A DNA stretch of 64,000 bases, taken from NCBI GenBank assembly GCA_034670305.1, contig JAXMNT010000024.1, forward strand, positions 44,658 to 108,657, written 5' to 3'. The stretch is from Deltaproteobacteria bacterium. Lineage in GTDB: Bacteria; Myxococcota_A; Polyangia; Polyangiales; Houyiibacteriaceae. Position numbers and translations under genes: made by a program. This document shows, in pieces, positions 48,225 to 57,662 of the stretch (positions are counted from its first letter, which is position 1; the number at the start of each line of letters is the position of its first letter). Under the pieces are notes generated by a model, which saw nothing but the letters and a program-made list of their open reading frames with translations, had not been told where the DNA came from and made no database searches.

Positions 48225-49452
48225 CGACGCGCTCCTCGATCCACGGCACGACGACGTCCATCAACCGCTCGACGTCCGGGGCGTGTTTGGCGCCGAGTTC
48301 GTCCGGTTGGAAGTAGTGCGCCGCGCCCTCGATCACCTGGAAGGTGGCGTCCTTCATGTGCATCGCGGCGCGGAGCCGCGCGACGTCGCTCGGGAAGACC
48401 TCTTTGTCCTTCTCGGCGTGCACCATCAGGGTGGGCAAACTCAGCGTGGCCAGCGTCGCTTCCAGGTTGGCGTTCGACGCGCGGCCCGACCAGGTCGAGA
48501 GCCAGCCGCGTGGCGTGACCGTGCGGGCGAAGCCGATCCGCGCGACGTTCATCAAGTCCGGTCGGTCGCTGATCAACGATCCGTACTCCCGCGGCGACGG
48601 GTCGAGGGACAGATCGGTGTAGTTCAAGTTGGCCATGGTCCGCGGCACCACCCACACCGTCTCCGCGTGCGCCGCTCTCATGGTGGCGCGCTGGGTGTCT
48701 GGGTCGAGTTGGTCGAAGTCGCGCGCGCCCGCTTTCGCCGCGGCTTCTCTCATGGTGCCAAGCACTGCGTGCGCGCGTTCGTCGAGCGCTTGCACCCGCA
48801 CCTCTTGCGCAGCGCGGTAGCGGCGCACGAACTCGGGATCGAACTGGCTCGATGCGGGGGCGGGCACGTGCCCGTTGCGCGGGTCGTACATGTCGAGGTC
48901 CCGGTTCCACTTCGAGCCGTCCTCGTCGACGACCGAAGGATCGATCGCACCCAAGAGCACCTGTCCCTGGCCGCGGTGCGCGGCGACCACGCACAGGAGA
49001 TCCGCCGGCATCAACGTCGCGCCGCGCAGCTTGGTGGGGTCGCCCGCGGCGGTCTGAGTCAGCCGCTCGGCGGGCGGAAGCTGGGCTTGGGATTGGTAGA
49101 AGCCGAAGAGCGAGCCGCCGCCGGAGTTGCCGAAGAGCACGACCTGTTCGATGCCGCGACGCTCCTTCAAGAAACGGATGCACGCGCCGACGTCGAGCAG
49201 CAGGTCTTCGTGCACGCAATCGGAGTCGTCGTTGGGGCTGCGCGAGTTGGCCGCGAGCACGGCGAAGCCGGCGTCGACGAGACGCGGCACGCAGTAGTGG
49301 TGGGTGAAGTCGACCCGCGGATGCATGACGACCACGCCGACACGGGGGGTGCGGCCACGCGGGGTCCACAGGAGTGCGTGCAGCTGCCGGAAGTCTTCGG
49401 TCCGCAGCCACTTGGACTCGAGGTCCGCGTCTCTCGGCGGCGCGCGAAACAT
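48217..49452 (-). CDS. alpha/beta hydrolase
   Basis: VMHPR, LFGNSGGGS nucleophile elbow, AEKD, EGAAHY. Confidence 0.85.
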   Translation of the reverse strand: MFRAPPRDADLESKWLRTEDFRQLHALLWTPRGRTPRVGVVVMHPRVDFTHHYCVPRLVDAGFAVLAANSRSPNDDSDCVHEDLLLDVGACIRFLKERRGIEQVVLFGNSGGGSLFGFYQSQAQLPPAERLTQTAAGDPTKLRGATLMPADLLCVVAAHRGQGQVLLGAIDPSVVDEDGSKWNRDLDMYDPRNGHVPAPASSQFDPEFVRRYRAAQEVRVQALDERAHAVLGTMREAAAKAGARDFDQLDPDTQRATMRAAHAETVWVVPRTMANLNYTDLSLDPSPREYGSLISDRPDLMNVARIGFARTVTPRGWLSTWSGRASNANLEATLATLSLPTLMVHAEKDKEVFPSDVARLRAAMHMKDATFQVIEGAAHYFQPDELGAKHAPDVERLMDVVVPWIEERVDV

Positions 49453-49516
49453 CCAGGGGAACCCGCCCCAGTAGGTCTTGGAGATGAGGATCACGGGCAG
49501 AGGGTACACTTGGCCC

Positions 49517-50005
49517 ATGCGTTTGCCTCTCACCCTCGCGACGACCCTGTGCTTGGCCCTCCTGGTCGGGTACGGCTTGCTCTCCCCCGCGCACTCCGAA
49601 GCGGATGCGATCGGTCTGCCACCCGAATGCGTCGACGGAACCTCGGTCGGGTTCTGTCATGGACCGCAGTACTGCCAGCGCGACACCTGCACGTCGGATT
49701 CGAGCTGCGGCGATGGGTTCGTGTGCCGCGAACGAAACCTGTGCCTCGAGACACACTTCTGCGGCGGTGGACGACCGCCACCCGACGCCGACTCGAGCGG
49801 CACCACCGTGCAGAACGTCACCGGGGTGTGCGGCGCGTGCGCGGGCACCTGCGAGGTCTCGATGGTCTGCGTGCCGGGCGCGTCTGAAGAAGGAGGCTGC
49901 GGCTGCAGCGCGCCTGGAATGCCCCGCTCGAAGTCGATGCCGATCGCGTTGCTCGGCCTGTCCCTCGGGGCAGTCTTCGGCGCCCGCCTCCTCCGCCGCC
50001 GCTGA
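49517..50005 (+). CDS. small Cys-rich secreted protein with MYXO-CTERM-like tail
   Basis: Signal peptide; many Cys; GGCGCSAPG...TM-RRR. Confidence 0.75.
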   Translation: MRLPLTLATTLCLALLVGYGLLSPAHSEADAIGLPPECVDGTSVGFCHGPQYCQRDTCTSDSSCGDGFVCRERNLCLETHFCGGGRPPPDADSSGTTVQNVTGVCGACAGTCEVSMVCVPGASEEGGCGCSAPGMPRSKSMPIALLGLSLGAVFGARLLRRR

Positions 50006-50030
50006 CAGCGCCGGCCACTGGGCTGCGGGT

Positions 50031-50801
50031 CTACGTACCTGTGAACTTCGCTTCGCGGCGTTCCACGAACGACTTCAGTCCTTCGGCCGCGTCGTCGGTG
50101 TCCATCAAGGTGCGGGCTTCGTCGAGCAACGCGGCGGCTGCTTTCTCGGGACCCTCTTCGAACGTGAGCCACGCGCTCCGAAGCGTGGCCTGCACCCCGA
50201 GCGGTGCGCGCGAGGCGACGGTGGCCGCGAGCTCGAGCGCGCGCGCGTCCGGGTCGTCGTGCAGCTCTTGCACGAGACCGACCCGCAGCGCTTCGTTCGC
50301 GGGCATCCGGTCCCCGGTCAGGATCCATCGCATGGCGTTGCCCCAGCCAAGCTGGGTTGGCCACCGCATCGTGCCACCGCCAAACGGGAAAATGCCTCGA
50401 TTGATTTCGATCTGACCGAAGCTGGCGTCCGGCGAACACACGCGGATGTCGCACGCGAGCGCGAGTTCGATGCCGATCGTGAAGCAGTAGCCACGGATCG
50501 CGATCACCACCGGCTTTCTCCGGCGGCGCCCATGGAGCCCGAGCGGATCGACGCCGTCGGGTGGAAAGAGCGCTGCCCCCGACGCCACCGCGGGGCCCAC
50601 TTCGGCCAAGTCCAGCCCAGCCGTGAAGGCTTTGCCCTCAGCGCTGACGACCAGACATCGAACGTCGTCGTCGTCGTCCGCGAGCGTGTACGCCTCGGCG
50701 AGTTCGCGCAGCATGGTCAAGTCGAACGCGTTCAGTTTGTCGGCGCGGTTCAGCCGAAGGTGCGCGACGTGGTCGGCGACGGAGTAGGTGATGCGCTGCA
50801 T
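50031..50801 (-). CDS. enoyl-CoA hydratase/crotonase family protein
   Basis: LNRADKLNAF, FTAGLDL, GIELALACDI, EINRGIFPFGG, DAAEGLKSFVERREAKF. Confidence 0.92.
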   Translation of the reverse strand: MQRITYSVADHVAHLRLNRADKLNAFDLTMLRELAEAYTLADDDDDVRCLVVSAEGKAFTAGLDLAEVGPAVASGAALFPPDGVDPLGLHGRRRRKPVVIAIRGYCFTIGIELALACDIRVCSPDASFGQIEINRGIFPFGGGTMRWPTQLGWGNAMRWILTGDRMPANEALRVGLVQELHDDPDARALELAATVASRAPLGVQATLRSAWLTFEEGPEKAAAALLDEARTLMDTDDAAEGLKSFVERREAKFTGT

Positions 50802-50814
50802 GCGCCGGAGTCTA

Positions 50815-50970
50815 CCGAAGCCGAAGCCGATGCCGAAGCCGGTGCCGAAGCCGATGCCGAAGCCGACGCCGAAGCCGAAGCCGAAGCCGAAGCCGATGCC
50901 GACGCCGATGCCGATGCCGAAGCCGATGCCGTAGCCGAAGCCGATGCCGTAGCCGACGGCGAAGCCGATC
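50815..50970. repeat. intergenic hexamer tract (CCGAAG/CCGATG)n
   Basis: Direct reading. Confidence 0.9.
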
Positions 50971-50985
50971 GCGACGAGTGGTGAC

Positions 50986-51759
50986 TCAGCCGAGGGCGGC
51001 GATGCCGCTGCCGTCTGGGTCGGTGCCGTCGACGTAGCGGGCCATTGCTTCGCTGAGGTTGGCGGCGAGCGCCATGATGCCTTCGTCGTCGAGGTCGGTC
51101 GTCTCGATCTGGGGGCCGATGTAGACGTCCACGTCGCCGGGTGCGAAGAGCGCGCTGCCCTTGCGGTTGACCTCGAACATGCCGCGGACCGCGATCGACG
51201 CGACCGGGAGCGCGGAGTCGCGGGCCATGAAGAAGACGCCGCGTTTGAATGGCTGCACTTTGCCATCCGCGGTCCGGTGGGCTTCCGGGAAGGTGAGGAT
51301 CGAGAGCCCCTTCGAGGCGCGGTCGCGCGCTTCGGCACAGAGCAGTTCGGTCTGGTTGGACGCGCCCTTGTGCACCGGGATGCCGTGGGTCGCGCGCATC
51401 ATCCAGCCGTAGCCGGGGATCTTGAAATGCCACGCGAGCATCAGTCCGACGAAGGGCTGCGGAATGCTCGCGCACGCGGTGTGCGCGTCGAGCACATTCA
51501 CGTGGTTCTGGCAGAAGACCGTGGGGCGCTCCGGATCGAAGTCGGGATGGAAGGTCACACGCAGGTTGCTGCGCGACACGCCGAGGACCTTGGAGAATGC
51601 CTTGGCGGACCAGAGGGACTGAGCGGCCGGGGACCTCAACCGTTGCGCCGCCACCGACACGAGCGACGTCCCGATCATGACGCCGAAACCGGCGCCCCAA
51701 ACGAAGGCGGAGAACGGAACCTGCCAGAGCAGTTGCGTGGGGGGCGGGGAGTCGCTCAC
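50986..51759 (-). CDS. 1-acyl-sn-glycerol-3-phosphate acyltransferase family (PlsC-like)
   Basis: NHVNVLD (HX4D), FPEAHRT, PFKRGVF. Confidence 0.88.
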   Translation of the reverse strand: MSDSPPPTQLLWQVPFSAFVWGAGFGVMIGTSLVSVAAQRLRSPAAQSLWSAKAFSKVLGVSRSNLRVTFHPDFDPERPTVFCQNHVNVLDAHTACASIPQPFVGLMLAWHFKIPGYGWMMRATHGIPVHKGASNQTELLCAEARDRASKGLSILTFPEAHRTADGKVQPFKRGVFFMARDSALPVASIAVRGMFEVNRKGSALFAPGDVDVYIGPQIETTDLDDEGIMALAANLSEAMARYVDGTDPDGSGIAALG

Positions 51760-51858
51760 GCGGGTCTGGATAGCATGAGACGGCAATGCTGAAAATTGCA
51801 GTTCTGATCCCGCCGCCCGCGCGTTGAAACGCGTTGCAGTCGAAAAGCGCGGAAGCGC

Positions 51859-52167
51859 TCAGCGGATGGCGGACAGCCGCTTCGGGAGCTCGAGCGCAAG
51901 GTGGTAGACGACCCAGCCCACCCACTGCACGAACATCAGGAGCGACAGGATCCGGCACCCGAGGAAACCGAGCGCGGCCAGGATTGCTTCTTCGGAGAGG
52001 CCCTGCGAGGGGCTCAGCAGCGCGGCGCTCGCGTCGATGTCGAGTGCCCATCCGCCGAAGAGTTCGGCGAGCCCGAACATGATCAGACACATCACGGCGC
52101 CACCGACCGCTCGCCTCACGAGGCGTTTGGGCTTCTTCTTCTTCGCTTCTTCGCGGCGCGTGCTCAT
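51859..52167 (-). CDS. small membrane protein
   Basis: ATGA overlap with the upstream stop; basic N-terminus and two hydrophobic segments. Confidence 0.65.
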   Translation of the reverse strand: MSTRREEAKKKKPKRLVRRAVGGAVMCLIMFGLAELFGGWALDIDASAALLSPSQGLSEEAILAALGFLGCRILSLLMFVQWVGWVVYHLALELPKRLSAIR

Positions 52168-53363
52168 CGCGCTCTGCCGTTCTGGTCGCGGGCCACGGCG
52201 GTGGTGAGGGCGAACATCAGCGCGTCGCCGATGGGCCCACCCATCACGTAGTGCGCGGCGTGGTCTCCTTGCCGGGGCGCGCCGAACAGGGCGGCGGTGG
52301 CGTAGAGGGACATGAAGGTGTCGCGGTCGCCGTGCTGCCGCGCGAGCGCGAGCGTGAAGCCGGTTGTGCTGACGGCTTGGCCGAGGATGACCGGACCCGA
52401 GTCGATGTCGCCCGACCCGCCGTTGCCGCGTGGGTACTCGCGGACCGCACCGAAGCCGAACAACGATCCGACGAGCTCGCCCTGAATGGATCCGTAGAGC
52501 GATCGGCTGAGCTCCATGTCGGCGAAGGAGACGAAGTAGGCGGCGAACGCCGTGCCGCTGCCGCGTGGTTCGTCGACCGGCCGGCCTCGAAGATCGACGC
52601 GCTGGATCAGCAGCCCGGTCGCGTCGTCTCTGTAGCGGGTCTGCAGCGTCTCGAGCAGTCGGGTCAAGAGCGCGCTGTGGTCTTCGCCGGTCGCCCGGTC
52701 GTGCAGCGCCAACGCGCCAAAGAACGTGACGTTGTCGATCGGGAAGATCTGTCCCGGGTAGGTCTCGAGCAATCCGATCTCGCGCGCGCGGCCCGACTCC
52801 ATCAGCCGCACCAGATGCGCGATGACGCGCCCTTCGAGCGCGGCGTGCGGCGAGTCGGGCCGGAGAAACCGATCGTACGCAAGGGAGAGCGAGAGGTAGC
52901 CGAGGTAGCCCATGTGCGGCCGGCTGCTGCCGAGGTCGTCGAGCGGGTCGTAGCCGCGCCACGCTTCTTCATCGAACGCGCGCGCCCGTTCTTCGACCAG
53001 CGCGTCGAGGCAGACGTCGATCTGATCGAACCAGTGCGCGACGACGTCGGGGTCGTCCGGGTGGGTCTCGATCAGTTGCCCGTAGCCGAGCACGGCCATC
53101 TGACGCGTCGCGAACGCCCACTCGCCGTCGAGCAGGGGGCTCCCGGTCGCGAACTGTCCGCGGTCGACCTCGGAGGCGACCCAGTGATCGACCCCCTCCG
53201 CGAACGCGGCTTGGGTGGCGAGCTCTCCGTCATAGAGGTCACGGCCGGGTGCAGCGATCCACCAGGCCGCCAGTTGGAGCGTCAGGTACATGGCCAGCAG
53301 GGCGACGCCGAGGGCAGCCAGTCTTCGCACGTGGGTCATGTACCAGACAGCGCGCTCAGACAT
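52164..53363 (-). CDS. linalool dehydratase/isomerase-like (alpha/alpha barrel) protein with N-terminal TM
   Basis: GEW, LLETYPGQIFPIDN, RGSG, REYPRG..GDIDSGPVI motifs, recalled for this family. Confidence 0.6.
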   Translation of the reverse strand: MSERAVWYMTHVRRLAALGVALLAMYLTLQLAAWWIAAPGRDLYDGELATQAAFAEGVDHWVASEVDRGQFATGSPLLDGEWAFATRQMAVLGYGQLIETHPDDPDVVAHWFDQIDVCLDALVEERARAFDEEAWRGYDPLDDLGSSRPHMGYLGYLSLSLAYDRFLRPDSPHAALEGRVIAHLVRLMESGRAREIGLLETYPGQIFPIDNVTFFGALALHDRATGEDHSALLTRLLETLQTRYRDDATGLLIQRVDLRGRPVDEPRGSGTAFAAYFVSFADMELSRSLYGSIQGELVGSLFGFGAVREYPRGNGGSGDIDSGPVILGQAVSTTGFTLALARQHGDRDTFMSLYATAALFGAPRQGDHAAHYVMGGPIGDALMFALTTAVARDQNGRAR

Positions 53364-53416
53364 TCCCGGACGTGGCCGCGGCCAGTGAGTTCGAGCCTTC
53401 GGTCGATTTCGACTTG

Positions 53417-53482
53417 CCAACCGACCGCCGGTTGGTTATTAACCGACTGCCGGTTGGCTATTACCCGACCAGCGGTTGATTA
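53417..53482. promoter_or_regulatory. three tandem imperfect palindromes (AACCGACNNNCGGTT), candidate TetR operators
   Basis: AACCGACCGCCGGTT, AACCGACTGCCGGTT and ACCCGACCAGCGGTT, 21-22 bp apart, directly upstream of the TetR start. Confidence 0.75.
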
Positions 53483-53484
53483 CG

Positions 53485-54156
53485 ATGACCTTCCAACGCG
53501 CCAGACAGCCCGAACAGAAAGCCCTTCGCCGGACAGCCATCCTGGAAGCCGCCGCGGATCTCTTCGATGAGAAGCGCTACGACGACGTGAGTCTGCAGCA
53601 GGTGGCCAAACGAGCGGGCGTCGGAAAAGCGAGTCTTTACACGTACTTCCGGACGAAGGAGGAGATCTTTCTCCAGCTCTACCGCGAGGACATCGAAGCG
53701 TGGTTGCTCGAGATGCAAGACCGGCTCGCCACCATTCCCGTCGGGAGTCCCCGAGTGCTCGCGGAGCAACTGTCTGCGGCTGTGCTGGCCTGTCCGCGCG
53801 CCTGCCGTTTGGGCGTGCTGCTCTCCTCGGCGCTGGAACGGAACGTTCCGGTCCCCGTCCTGCTCGAGTTCAAGTTCGGGGTCTTGGCGATCTCCGCCAA
53901 GTTCATGGCGTCGCTCGCGCGGGTGCTGCCCGGCGTGCAGCCGGCCGAGCTGATGGGCTTCATGGTCGACCACTTCGCGCTTGTGGGCGGGCTGTGGCCG
54001 ATGGCCCACCCGCCGCCCGAGGTGGAGGCGGCCCTCGAAGGCGTGGACGAGCTCGAGCCGTTGCGCGTGCAGATGAAGCCAGCGCTCGAACGGAGCCTGC
54101 GCCTGATGTTGGTGGGGCTGCTCGCGGAAACGGAAACGCCCCAGAAGCCGGCTTGA
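53485..54156 (+). CDS. TetR/AcrR family transcriptional regulator
   Basis: FQRAR..RRTAILEAA, VSLQQVAKRAGVGKASLYTYFRTKEEI. Confidence 0.95.
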   Translation: MTFQRARQPEQKALRRTAILEAAADLFDEKRYDDVSLQQVAKRAGVGKASLYTYFRTKEEIFLQLYREDIEAWLLEMQDRLATIPVGSPRVLAEQLSAAVLACPRACRLGVLLSSALERNVPVPVLLEFKFGVLAISAKFMASLARVLPGVQPAELMGFMVDHFALVGGLWPMAHPPPEVEAALEGVDELEPLRVQMKPALERSLRLMLVGLLAETETPQKPA

Positions 54157-54228
54157 AGACCATGTCCTCGGAGTTCCGGGGACCGAAGAACGACGACCGC
54201 TTCGGCGGAGAGAAAGATGGAGATGACC

Positions 54229-55164
54229 ATGGCAAAGTGGACGGCAGAGAACATCGGCGATCAGAGTGGCAAGACGGCGATCGTCACCGGTGCGAACAGC
54301 GGGCTCGGTTTTGCGACCGCGTGCACGTTGGCGGACAAGGGCGCGCACGTCGTGCTCGCGTGTCGCAGCAAGGAGCGCGGGGAAGCGGCGCTCGAGAGGC
54401 TCACGCAAGCGCACCCGAGCGCGCGCGCCGAGTTGATCCTCGTCGACCTTGGAGACCTCGCTTCGGTGGAGGCGTTCGCCAAGACCATCACGGAGAAGTT
54501 CGACGCGCTCCACGTGCTGGTGAACAACGCCGGCATCATGTTCCCGCCGTTCCAGAAGACGGTCGACGGGTTCGAGTCGCAGTTCGGCATCAACCACCTC
54601 GGCCATTTCGCGCTCACCGCGCAGCTGATGCCCCTGCTCGCCAAGACCCCCGGTGCGCGGGTCGTCAACGTCTCGAGCGTCGGCCACAGACTTGGTCCGG
54701 TCGATCTCGAAGACCCCAACTTCGAGTCGCGCAAGTACGGGAAGCTCAAGAGTTACGGGCAGAGCAAGCTCGCGAACCTGCTCTTCACGTACGAGCTGCA
54801 GCGTCGGCTCGAGGCCGCGGGGCTCGACGTGCAGGCCATGGTCGCGCACCCGGGCTGGACCAACACCAACCTGCAGGACGAGACCGCCTGGATCCGCTGG
54901 TTGAACCCGATCTTCGCCATGCCGCCCCATCAAGGCGCGCTTCCGACGCTCTACGGTGCGCTCGCCGAACAAGCGGAAGGCGGCGCGTACTACGGGCCCG
55001 ACGGCCTGCTCGAGTGGCGCGGCTACCCCAAGCGCGTGCAGTCGAGCAAGGCCTCGCACGACCTCGAGAAAGCGGCCGGTCTCTGGGACCTCTCCGAACG
55101 GCTGACCGGCGTTCGGTTCGACCTGACGAAGAAGAAGCCCGCCGCTGTCCGCGCCGTCGCGTAG
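54229..55164 (+). CDS. short-chain dehydrogenase/reductase (retinol dehydrogenase/WWOX-like)
   Basis: TGANSGLG, NNAGIM, NHLGHF, VSS, YGQSK, HPG. Confidence 0.95.
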   Translation: MAKWTAENIGDQSGKTAIVTGANSGLGFATACTLADKGAHVVLACRSKERGEAALERLTQAHPSARAELILVDLGDLASVEAFAKTITEKFDALHVLVNNAGIMFPPFQKTVDGFESQFGINHLGHFALTAQLMPLLAKTPGARVVNVSSVGHRLGPVDLEDPNFESRKYGKLKSYGQSKLANLLFTYELQRRLEAAGLDVQAMVAHPGWTNTNLQDETAWIRWLNPIFAMPPHQGALPTLYGALAEQAEGGAYYGPDGLLEWRGYPKRVQSSKASHDLEKAAGLWDLSERLTGVRFDLTKKKPAAVRAVA

Positions 55165-55172
55165 CCCAGGTT

Positions 55173-55200
55173 CCGAGCGCCGCCTGGGGGCGGCGCTCGG
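55173..55200. terminator. perfect 12-bp hairpin between convergent genes
   Basis: CCGAGCGCCGCC-TGGG-GGCGGCGCTCGG. Confidence 0.7.
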
Positions 55201-56820
55201 CTACGGCTCTTCGTAGCCTTTGCCGGTTTTCTGTTCGATGAGCTTGTCGGCGCTGGCTTGCATCGCGGCTTCGGAGGGGAACGACTTCGTCTGGCTCCGG
55301 CCGTCCGAGCCGATGCGGCCGTAGCGCACCGTGTGTTCGGTGCCGCTTGTCGTGATCTCCCAGAACTTCGAAGACGAGCCATCGACGAACTCGAAGTATC
55401 GCGTCGTGCCAGCGGCCGGCGCGGAGGGGGCGTTTGCGCTCGGCGCGCTGCCCTTGGCGCTGACCACACTCTGGGCAGGAGCCTTTGTTTTGGCCGCCTT
55501 GGCTTTGGCCGCCGCCTTGGCTTTGGCGGCCGCTTTGGCTTTGGCGGCCGAGCTGGCTTTCGCCGCAGTGTTCGAACCGGTCGCGCGGGCGCGCGCGATC
55601 TCCGCGAGCTTGGCTTTCGTCTTCTCCCGGGCAGCGGCTTTGGCTTTGGCAACGGCGGCCGATGCGATGGCGCCGACCGCGGCGGACTTGGCCAAACTCG
55701 ACTGCTTCGGTTTCGAAGTCGCCGCCGCGCTTCCCTGGGTGACAGACGCCTTCGATGAGGAGGCCTTCGGTGAGCCCTTCGAGAGCGAGGGCGCGGTCAT
55801 CGTCGCGTCGATGCGCACGCCGATGTAGCTCGGGAAACGCGGCACGCCCTTCTTGGTGAGCTCCTGGTAGCGGTAGGTGACGATGTCACCGATGTCCGGG
55901 GGATCTTCACGCTCCTTGTCGGTGAGGCCCGTGCCCACGTTGAAGCGGGTGCCGTCCGCGAGCTCGAGGGTCAGGGCGCCGCATCGGCCTTTGTGTTTGC
56001 CCTTGCCCGCGACGTGTCCGACCACGACGCCTTCCGCGTCGTGGAACGTCTTCACCTTGAGCAGCGTCGTGGAGCGGCCCGGCACGTAGGAGGACTTCGG
56101 CTTGCGGAGCATCAGCCCCTCGCCGCCGAGCGCTTCCACGCGCGCTAGCTCGTCGCGAAGGTGGGTCTCGCCTTTGCAGACGATGTGTTCGAGTGCGCTC
56201 GCATGGGTGCAGTCCTCGAGGTGCTCGTGCAGGAACTCGATGCGGTACTCGAAGTGTTTGTCCTTCTTCGGCGCGTCGAAGACGACGTACTTCACTTCCT
56301 TCCAGTGGTCGCTGCGATCTTGGCGCCGCACGATGCTCACGGTCCGGTTGAACTCACCCCGGTCCACCCAGAGCTCACCATCGAGCGGTTCGGAACCGAG
56401 GTCGTCGACGAACCAATCCGGCGCGTAGAACTCGTTGCCGAGCCGGGAGAGGAACGTCTTGCCCGTCCAGAACGCGCGCACGCCGTCGAGCTTCTCGCTC
56501 ATCCACCATCCCACCATGCTCTCGACCCCGTCCCATTTGTGGGCGAGCAGCAGCGGTGGCACGGCCGCAGCTTTGGCGGCTTGGGCGGCGGTGGTTTTCT
56601 TCGACGGAGTGAAATGCGCGCCGCCCACCCGGGCCTTCTCCGCGTCGTCGCCGCGCAGCCGTTTGAGGTGCTTGCAGCTGCGCTTCTCGATCGGCGCGCC
56701 CTGGTGTTTCCAGGCCGGACAGGTGCAGCTGTAGACGCCGCCGGTGTTCGTCAGGGTGTACTTGTTGCTGCCGGAGCCATCGACTTCGATCGAGTCGCCG
56801 TCCGCGAGGTCATTCGCCAT
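55201..56820 (-). CDS. ATP-dependent DNA ligase with N-terminal SWIM zinc finger, Ala/Lys-rich linker and C-terminal WGR domain
   Basis: CTCPAW..CKH; SEKLDGVR, LDGEL, GGEGLMLR, LLKVK, PRFP; RYFEFVDGSSSKFWEI..YGRIG..K..KGY. Confidence 0.93.
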   Translation of the reverse strand: MANDLADGDSIEVDGSGSNKYTLTNTGGVYSCTCPAWKHQGAPIEKRSCKHLKRLRGDDAEKARVGGAHFTPSKKTTAAQAAKAAAVPPLLLAHKWDGVESMVGWWMSEKLDGVRAFWTGKTFLSRLGNEFYAPDWFVDDLGSEPLDGELWVDRGEFNRTVSIVRRQDRSDHWKEVKYVVFDAPKKDKHFEYRIEFLHEHLEDCTHASALEHIVCKGETHLRDELARVEALGGEGLMLRKPKSSYVPGRSTTLLKVKTFHDAEGVVVGHVAGKGKHKGRCGALTLELADGTRFNVGTGLTDKEREDPPDIGDIVTYRYQELTKKGVPRFPSYIGVRIDATMTAPSLSKGSPKASSSKASVTQGSAAATSKPKQSSLAKSAAVGAIASAAVAKAKAAAREKTKAKLAEIARARATGSNTAAKASSAAKAKAAAKAKAAAKAKAAKTKAPAQSVVSAKGSAPSANAPSAPAAGTTRYFEFVDGSSSKFWEITTSGTEHTVRYGRIGSDGRSQTKSFPSEAAMQASADKLIEQKTGKGYEEP

Positions 56821-56889
56821 GCCCAAGAATCCTCTGATCGGTGGTTTGCATCAATGGTCGCGGAACGGGAGCCGCACCCGCTCGCACGG

Positions 56890-57546
56890 TCAGAACGAGA
56901 GCCGGTAGGTCTCGAGGGTGCCGTTGATGGTGCACACGGTTCCGTCGCTCGGGTTCTGCAGAGTCACGCCGACGAAGTCCATGTCGATCATGCCGGCCGC
57001 TTCGTCGTACGTGCGCACGACCAGGCTGCCGCCGATCGGGTCGGGTGCGCCTTCGCTCAACACCGCGGCGGAGTCCCGCGCGATGTTCGTCCAGGTGGTC
57101 GAGACGACGACGTTCACCACCGAACCCGTGTCCACGCGATGGCGGGTCGAGAGCGCGTAGGTTCCCGTGCCCTCCATCAGATCGAGTTGCACGCTGCCGA
57201 TGAGGCTTCCGCCGGAGGTCGCGCTCACGGCGATGGAGTCCGAGTTGCGCACCACGACGACGTCTCCGTCGAACCGGGGCCCGCAGCCGCTGAAGGTCAG
57301 GTCGACCCGGGCGTCCATGCGGCCGGCATCGACTTCGCCTCCGCCGCTGTCTTCTCGGGGCCTCGGCGCGTCGAGGCCGTTGGCGTCCTCGGGCGGTGCA
57401 TCGAATGCCGAGAGCGCATCGATGGCGGCGTCCGAACCCGGGCCACCGTCGCTGCCCATGCGCACGTCGTCGGTGCAGGCGACCAGCAAGAAGGAGAGGG
57501 CGGCGATTCCCGAAGACAGGAGCGGCGACAAGAGGGTGAGTGGCAC
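56890..57546 (-). CDS. hypothetical lipoprotein
   Basis: LLVAC lipobox; D/A/G-rich linker, then a beta-rich domain with two Cys; start estimated. Confidence 0.65.
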   Translation of the reverse strand: MPLTLLSPLLSSGIAALSFLLVACTDDVRMGSDGGPGSDAAIDALSAFDAPPEDANGLDAPRPREDSGGGEVDAGRMDARVDLTFSGCGPRFDGDVVVVRNSDSIAVSATSGGSLIGSVQLDLMEGTGTYALSTRHRVDTGSVVNVVVSTTWTNIARDSAAVLSEGAPDPIGGSLVVRTYDEAAGMIDMDFVGVTLQNPSDGTVCTINGTLETYRLSF

Positions 57547-57584
57547 GCGCCGTTGTACGTCGGGCCGGTGCCGATCTCCCGCCG

Positions 57585-57660
57585 GATCGAAACGCAGTGT
57601 CGCATGGTCGAAACGCAGTGTCGTCCGGTCGAAACGCAGTGCGGTCTCGTCGGAGCGCAG
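57585..57660. repeat. 21-bp tandem repeat (core TCGAAACGCAGTG) x3 plus a degenerate fourth unit
   Basis: Direct reading. Confidence 0.8.
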
Positions 57661-57662
57661 CC

